This document shows positions 24,560-29,588 of a DNA stretch of 29,588 bases, one piece after another. The DNA is from a virus (taxonomy: Duplodnaviria; Caudoviricetes). A program made the translations under genes and the position numbers. The notes under the pieces were generated by a model. It was not told the origin of the DNA and searched no databases. It saw only the letters and a list, made by a program, of their open reading frames with translations. Where the stretch lies: positions 1 to 29,588 of the IMG/VR virus record IMGVR_UViG_3300025751_000098; one strand, written 5' to 3'. How positions within the stretch are numbered: position 1 is the stretch's first letter; each line of letters opens with the position of its first letter.

Positions 24560-25348
24560 TTAAAAAGAAGAAAAGCTAGAAACTATCCCTAATGATTCTG
24601 CTGACTGATCTGCATAAGCAATAGGATATAATTTTGCAAGCTCTCTTTCTTTTGTATTAGGGTCTAAATCTTTAGACATTCTAATTTCATTTATTTTAGT
24701 TAAAGCATTTTCTTTTGTCAAGGTTGTTTTTTGACTTCCTATACTTCCTTGTGTTGGTTCTGCAATCTGCTTTCCCACATTGTGCATAATTTTAGCAACT
24801 GCAAACTGCCCCTCTGGTGGAAGATTGGCAAAAGCCTCTTGATCGCTCTCTGATGCGAATCTTTGAAAAGTGTTTTCTGCTTCTTTTAGATTATGGTCAT
24901 AAGCTGATCCCCATTCCTTTTTTAAACCCTCTTGCATTTCAGTAATTTTAGCATCTGATTCTGCTTGCATATTATTTAATAACTCGCTTTCTTTACCTGT
25001 AAAGGTTTCTACTAGCTGTTTAAATGCTTCTGGTTTTACTCCTAATTCAATCGCTTTCTCTTTTATAGGATTTAATAAATCATCATTAGCTTTGTAATTC
25101 TCTGGTAATTCATAAGAATAATCTTCTGGTGAAAAAGTCTCTGGCTCTTTAGGTGATCCTAGTTTCTTTTCTAGGTTTATATAGCTTTTTGCTAGTCCAT
25201 TTATATCTTTAAAGTTAGATAATGATTTTGAATTTTTTATTTCTTCATCTGTTATCTGGTCAATAAAACTTGTTTCATTAACTGTTTCATTGTTTGTTTC
25301 AACTGGTGCAGTCTCTACGCTTTCTGTATTTTCTATTTGGTCGGTCAT
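24560..25348 (-). CDS. Capsid scaffolding protein
   Basis: Acidic N-terminus, 'LAKSYINLEKKLG', 'LKKEWGSAYD'; between portal and capsid. Confidence 0.8.
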   Translation of the reverse strand: MTDQIENTESVETAPVETNNETVNETSFIDQITDEEIKNSKSLSNFKDINGLAKSYINLEKKLGSPKEPETFSPEDYSYELPENYKANDDLLNPIKEKAIELGVKPEAFKQLVETFTGKESELLNNMQAESDAKITEMQEGLKKEWGSAYDHNLKEAENTFQRFASESDQEAFANLPPEGQFAVAKIMHNVGKQIAEPTQGSIGSQKTTLTKENALTKINEIRMSKDLDPNTKERELAKLYPIAYADQSAESLGIVSSFSSF

Positions 25349-25354
25349 AGTAAA

Positions 25355-25570
25355 TTAATTGTTTGTTATTTCCTCTCTAACTCTAGAAAGGATATAATTA
25401 TATAATTCCCTTGCTCCATCACGAAGTAAGGAATCGGTAGTGGTATCTTCTGCCCTTTGAGAAAAGGGGGTTGTTTCTAGTATTACTCTTTGTAAGTTTT
25501 CTAAAACAATCTTTCCGTTTTCTGTTTCAAATGCTTGTTGGAATATTTTATTTAGCTGTTCTTCGGTCAT
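25355..25570 (-). CDS. Small head-module protein (Bbp19-like)
   Basis: 'F.TENGKIVLENL...RDGAR..YNYI' pattern between portal and scaffold. Confidence 0.65.
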   Translation of the reverse strand: MTEEQLNKIFQQAFETENGKIVLENLQRVILETTPFSQRAEDTTTDSLLRDGARELYNYILSRVREEITNN

Positions 25571-27216
25571 ATTAATTGCGATTGTTTTGCTTTACTAGCA
25601 GTATCCACCGCTTGAGCCTCTTGTTCTAATTGCTGTTGCTCTTGGGATTGTTCCTGTCGTTGCTCTCTTTCCCTTTTTACTAAAACAGGATTTTTAATTA
25701 TATCTGGATCAATTCCTAAAATATCTGCTGACTTACTAACTACCTTGTCAAAATCAATATTATCTAATATCTCTGGGTTTACTTGTGCAAGATTCATAAC
25801 TCCTGCTAGTAGTTTTTCAATAGATGCTGATTCGTTTAATTTTTGCGATTGAGTAATTGGATTTTGATAATTAATTTTTAGTTCTGGATTTTCTAATAAC
25901 ACTGATGGTATTTCTTTATCAAATAAAGTATTATCCTTGATTATGAATTGACCATCTGCATTTTGCATATAGATTTTATTAAATAGAATATCAAAAGTTC
26001 TAGTTAATATCTGCTCTGTGTAATCTACAATACCAAAAATAAAGTCGCCCATTATTCTAAATGTTTCTGCTCTTAGTTCTAAGATTTGCGTTGCTGTTGC
26101 TCTTGGATCGTCAAAGATTTTTAACTTATCTAAGAAAAATATTTCTCTTATGTTTTGTTCCTTTCTTTGGATTAAGTCTTGAGTTAGTGGAATATTACCA
26201 ATGGTTAAGATTTGTTCAATAGGCGTTCTTCCTGCTGGCAGTGCCTTCGCATCTGGTCTATTTAATGCACCAGGTTTCAAGTTGATTCTTTTAGAATATG
26301 TAGCATTTACATTTAAAGGAGGGTTTAATGTTTTTTCTGTTGCTTCGTTTAATTGTCTTGACATCTGGTTTATCTGCCTACCATCTGCCAATGCTATCAT
26401 ACCCCTTGAAGTTCCGTAAATCTCTCCTGTTGCTTTCTCGCTTCTTCCGATAGCTACTGGCATAGAATTCCACCCTAATTCTTCAATTATAAGTTGGTGT
26501 TTTTCATCTATCCAAAAACCTGCTATTTTTTTATTTAACTTATCTATTTTGTTTTTATCTCTTTCTTCTCTTGGTAAGATGTGTAATTGTACTGGAAATT
26601 CTGTAAAGGGGTCTTTATCAAAAGCCTTTTTTACCTTTTCGTGTACATTCTCCTCTCCCCATTTCTGGATCATCTGCTTTGCAGTCATTTTATCTTTAAT
26701 AACTACATAATCAACATCACCTTCATCATTTTCAGCAATTAAGAAATTTTTAATATTTAAAGTATGATATTTAATAGGTGATTTCTTACCCTCTTCAATT
26801 AATGTTGCTATTGTTCCGAATACTATATCATCTGCCACCGCTTCACTTAAAGCTCTTTCAAAACCTGTTTTGGGGTCAAACATAGTTTTCAGAATCATAT
26901 CAGTAAATTCACTTATCCAGTCTTTTACTTCTTGATCTTCGTTTATATCTTCTGATTTAGCTGTTATTGATATAGGTTTGATTGATCTATTGAAGAATAC
27001 ACCAATAATAATTGATTTTAATTGATGGACAAAGTTAATTGGTGCGGATTCAAAAAGTCTTGTTATATTTTCTTTATCGCCTTTTGACCTATCAATAGTT
27101 ATGTTAGCTTTTGTTGGTCTGAATATATCAGCCACATCTTGCCATTCCTCTTCAAAGTTTGATCTTTCGGCTGATAGTGAATTGGCTTTCCTAATTAATT
27201 CTTTTGCATTAGTCAT
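25567..27216 (-). CDS. Portal (head-to-tail connector)
   Basis: 'R..FEEEWQDVADIFRP', 'FGT', 'GEIYGTSRG..AL.D', 'PPL', 'TATQILE'; 549 aa. Confidence 0.9.
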   Translation of the reverse strand: MTNAKELIRKANSLSAERSNFEEEWQDVADIFRPTKANITIDRSKGDKENITRLFESAPINFVHQLKSIIIGVFFNRSIKPISITAKSEDINEDQEVKDWISEFTDMILKTMFDPKTGFERALSEAVADDIVFGTIATLIEEGKKSPIKYHTLNIKNFLIAENDEGDVDYVVIKDKMTAKQMIQKWGEENVHEKVKKAFDKDPFTEFPVQLHILPREERDKNKIDKLNKKIAGFWIDEKHQLIIEELGWNSMPVAIGRSEKATGEIYGTSRGMIALADGRQINQMSRQLNEATEKTLNPPLNVNATYSKRINLKPGALNRPDAKALPAGRTPIEQILTIGNIPLTQDLIQRKEQNIREIFFLDKLKIFDDPRATATQILELRAETFRIMGDFIFGIVDYTEQILTRTFDILFNKIYMQNADGQFIIKDNTLFDKEIPSVLLENPELKINYQNPITQSQKLNESASIEKLLAGVMNLAQVNPEILDNIDFDKVVSKSADILGIDPDIIKNPVLVKREREQRQEQSQEQQQLEQEAQAVDTASKAKQSQLI

Positions 27217-27491
27217 TAGCCTCCTAAAGTTTTTCTAAATATGTTTTGCTCTAAAGGTTGTCCTGCAAAGATAGTTCTACGCCTTGCTCTTGCTTTTTGC
27301 TTTCTTACTGATTCTTGAGCTACCTCTGTCTTCTCTTCTTGTTCTTGGAGTTTTTGTGCTACTTCTGCTTCTTGCTCTAATCTAATTGCTGTTGCGTTTG
27401 CTCTTTCTCTTGCTTGCTTTTTCTTTCTTTTTGCTATCATGCCTACCGAGGTTAAATTGGCTACCTGCCTAATTACATTACTACCGCCCAT
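27216..27491 (-). CDS. Small basic protein preceding the portal
   Basis: Coiled-coil, 'RRRTIF...KTLGG' C-terminus typical of pre-portal genes in such podoviruses. Confidence 0.65.
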   Translation of the reverse strand: MGGSNVIRQVANLTSVGMIAKRKKKQARERANATAIRLEQEAEVAQKLQEQEEKTEVAQESVRKQKARARRRTIFAGQPLEQNIFRKTLGG

Positions 27492-27519
27492 AATTAAAAT
27501 ATTAAGTTAAATAAATATC

Positions 27520-27547
27520 ATTATAGTAAAACTTGTTTTATTGTCAA
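27520..27547 (-). promoter_or_regulatory. Sigma70-type promoter TTGACA-N16-TATAAT driving the head genes
   Basis: Minus-strand TTGACA (27547-27542, overlapping the terminase TGA) and TATAAT (27525-27520). Confidence 0.7.
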
Positions 27548-28845
27548 GTAATAGCATAATCTGATTGACTTTTATTTTGTAAGAAATTCTTCTCATCTAT
27601 TCCTACTGCTAAATATCTAAAAGCATCAGCCCCATTACTTGACCAATCATGAAGAGGTTTGTCTTTAAAGCAGTTTCTTATTTCGTCAAATTGCTTTTTA
27701 TAGTTTTGTAATGCTAGTAATCCTTTCTTACACTTAGTCTCGTCAAATATACATTTATGAAATATCGCCCTTACAGCGTTAATTCCGTCTGCAACAGGAA
27801 TATTCGGCACTACATCAAATGCTATACCTAAATCCCATGCTATATCATACCTAGAGCGACCACTTGTAAACTCTCTAACTCTTATATCGTGTGGGGCATT
27901 GTGATTTCCGTAAATATATGGTTTCTCTTTTAATTCTTTAATATAACTATCTAAACCCCTGCCGCTATCTTCCAAATAATCTATTATTCTGACTTCGTTT
28001 CCTATTTGTTGAGTAAACCATATAGCCGTTGTATCATTTACCCCTAAATCCCAGAAGGTATCGACTGTCAAGCTTGATTCGTAAGGTAGGTTTGTAATTC
28101 TTCCCTCTTCTTTTGCTTTGTTTATTTGTGATGAATAATAAGCACCCTCTATGGCACTATTAAAGCTACAGTAATATTCTTGATTAAATAAATCTAGCGT
28201 CTTTCCTCTTTGTATAAACTCTTGCTTGATCTGTTCTATTTGCTCATTTGTAAATACTTGTTCTTTAGTATCGTCAACAGTCAATACTTGAGAGAACCAT
28301 TTTTTATTATTCTTAGCCATCTCAAACAACTCGTAAGAATGATTATGTCCTTTTGGTGTGAAATTAAACAAAGCCCAACCATCAGTTGCCATAAGCATTG
28401 GTTGTATTACCTCCCAAGCACTAGGTCTTTGTTCTGCATACTCTGAAAATACAGCTCCTTTAATACCAGCACCCCTTAAAGCATCTACATTATCCGACCC
28501 TACTATTTGATAGACTGAACCGTTGTGAAATTCAATCTTCATTTCTTGATTGTTCTGGCGTTTGATTAGTTCTTTTGGTATATAGTCAAGATATTTCCGT
28601 CCCTCAATATCTGACTCACTCCATATTGCTTTCTTGCCTTGATTGTATGTAGGGAAAATATGCCAGTATGTTCCAGGTGTTCCAGCTAAAGCATAAAGGA
28701 TTATAAGATTAAGCCCAAACAAGTCTTTCCCTGCTCTTCTATGCCATACATAGATTGCTCTTTTGTATCCTTCTATGGTTACTGCATCCCATAAAGGCGT
28801 TTGATAGTCCCTTACTTGGTAATTATAGGGAAGTGTTATGTTCAT
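27544..28845 (-). CDS. terL: Terminase large subunit
   Basis: Walker A 'HRRAGKD', Walker B variant 'GAVFSEY', 'TPKG.NH', nuclease 'WDLGVND' and 'HDWSSNGADAFRY'. Confidence 0.93.
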   Translation of the reverse strand: MNITLPYNYQVRDYQTPLWDAVTIEGYKRAIYVWHRRAGKDLFGLNLIILYALAGTPGTYWHIFPTYNQGKKAIWSESDIEGRKYLDYIPKELIKRQNNQEMKIEFHNGSVYQIVGSDNVDALRGAGIKGAVFSEYAEQRPSAWEVIQPMLMATDGWALFNFTPKGHNHSYELFEMAKNNKKWFSQVLTVDDTKEQVFTNEQIEQIKQEFIQRGKTLDLFNQEYYCSFNSAIEGAYYSSQINKAKEEGRITNLPYESSLTVDTFWDLGVNDTTAIWFTQQIGNEVRIIDYLEDSGRGLDSYIKELKEKPYIYGNHNAPHDIRVREFTSGRSRYDIAWDLGIAFDVVPNIPVADGINAVRAIFHKCIFDETKCKKGLLALQNYKKQFDEIRNCFKDKPLHDWSSNGADAFRYLAVGIDEKNFLQNKSQSDYAIT

Positions 28846-28847
28846 TT

Positions 28848-29045
28848 TTAATTATTCAAGATATAATAAATCCCCTGCCTGCTATAACCTAACTTTTTAG
28901 ATATATCTTTGATGGTCATAGTCTTTTTTAGATCTAGGATTTGCTTTTTAAGTTCGCTTGTATCTTTCTTTGGTCTGCCTGTTGTCTTGTTAGATCTGGC
29001 TTGACCTTCTTTTATTCTCTCTCCTCTCTCCTCTCTACTTAACAT
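28848..29045 (-). CDS. Stand-alone resolvase/invertase-type HTH protein
   Basis: 'ERIKEGQARS...GRPKK' arm followed by HTH 'TIKDISKKLGYSRQGIYYIL'. Confidence 0.75.
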   Translation of the reverse strand: MLSREERGERIKEGQARSNKTTGRPKKDTSELKKQILDLKKTMTIKDISKKLGYSRQGIYYILNN

Positions 29046-29090
29046 AATAGCCTAAATTTTTGATTTTGATAAATAATTTTCTAGCATCTC

Positions 29091-29465
29091 TTATTCCTCT
29101 TTTGTGACTGTGACAAAGGGTCTTGATCTTATATTTTCTAAAATCTTTTCAATCTCTGATTTTCCTCTAAAAGAATAAATACCAGTAATTACAAAGCCTG
29201 CAAAGGCAATAGACAAAATAATAAGTGAAATTATGTCAGATTTATCAAATATGCTTTTTTCAAAAAGTTTTGCGATTGTAGTTATTTCAGCTATGATATA
29301 ACCTAAACAACCAAAGGCAACCATTTTTGATATAGGAGCATTTACTTTTATCTTTTCCCTGTTTTCTTTTTGTATTGTATTCAAAGTCTTAGTCTCTGGA
29401 TTGTTAACCATTATAAACTTACTTTTTATTTTGTATTTCATTTCTGGTTCTATGTATTTTTTCAT
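29091..29465 (-). CDS. Two-TM membrane protein
   Basis: Two hydrophobic segments ('MVAFGCLGYIIAEITTIA', 'IISLIILSIAFAGFVITGIY'). Confidence 0.6.
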   Translation of the reverse strand: MKKYIEPEMKYKIKSKFIMVNNPETKTLNTIQKENREKIKVNAPISKMVAFGCLGYIIAEITTIAKLFEKSIFDKSDIISLIILSIAFAGFVITGIYSFRGKSEIEKILENIRSRPFVTVTKEE

Positions 29466-29468
29466 GGT

Positions 29469-29588
29469 TTATTTATTATCTAATTGATAAAACTTACCTC
29501 TCAACTCCTCCCATTTCTTCAACCTTCTATTCCATAACTTGCCCCAGAATGTTTTTTTACCTTTTTTTAATAGTATTTTTTTTATGTG
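29469..29588 (-). CDS. Partial CDS (3' end) entering from beyond the window
   Basis: Open frame ...HIKKILLKKGKKTFWGKLWNRRLKKWEELRGKFYQLDNK* ending 3 nt before the next ATG. Confidence 0.5.
   Translation of the reverse strand, partial: HIKKILLKKGKKTFWGKLWNRRLKKWEELRGKFYQLDNK

Noticed and set aside
28430-28460. Terminase Walker B reading 'FSEY' rather than 'xDE'
   Set aside because: SE variants are familiar in this terminase group and the catalytic Glu is retained; not evidence of inactivation.
1-29588. Alternative genetic code or stop-codon reassignment
   Set aside because: Standard-code ORFs tile both arms densely with full-length conserved proteins.

Overview
The whole window is an AT-rich tailed-phage (podovirus-type) genome segment with two converging arms. 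The + arm (1-5924) holds early, recombination and nin-like genes: two small beta-solenoid repeat proteins, a Sak3/DUF1071-type annealing protein with a YqaJ exonuclease, an XRE HTH, NinB-like and RusA-like genes, a compact C5-cytosine MTase and a D12-class adenine MTase. The - arm (29588 to 5996) holds a late operon in BPP-1/T7-like order: large terminase, portal, scaffold, major capsid, decoration protein, tail tubular A/B, internal virion proteins and two tail fibres. It ends in an unusually long lysis/envelope cassette (permuted papain amidase, several membrane proteins, overlapping spanins, OM beta-barrel-like protein, exported thermonuclease, DUF5675). I saw no integrase, polymerase, reverse transcriptase, tRNA or CRISPR array. 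The most notable signals are: three GC-rich, in-frame, combinatorially varied tandem-repeat tracts in early genes (variation almost entirely non-synonymous, partly DGR-like NNC/NNT codons); a 14-bp stem over the capsid initiation region; a near-consensus promoter plus strand-specific hairpin pointing antisense into the lysis genes; a resolvase-type HTH fragment in the small-terminase slot; and sigma70-type promoters combined with Shine-Dalgarno-less starts. All product calls come from motif recognition and synteny by eye, not database searches.
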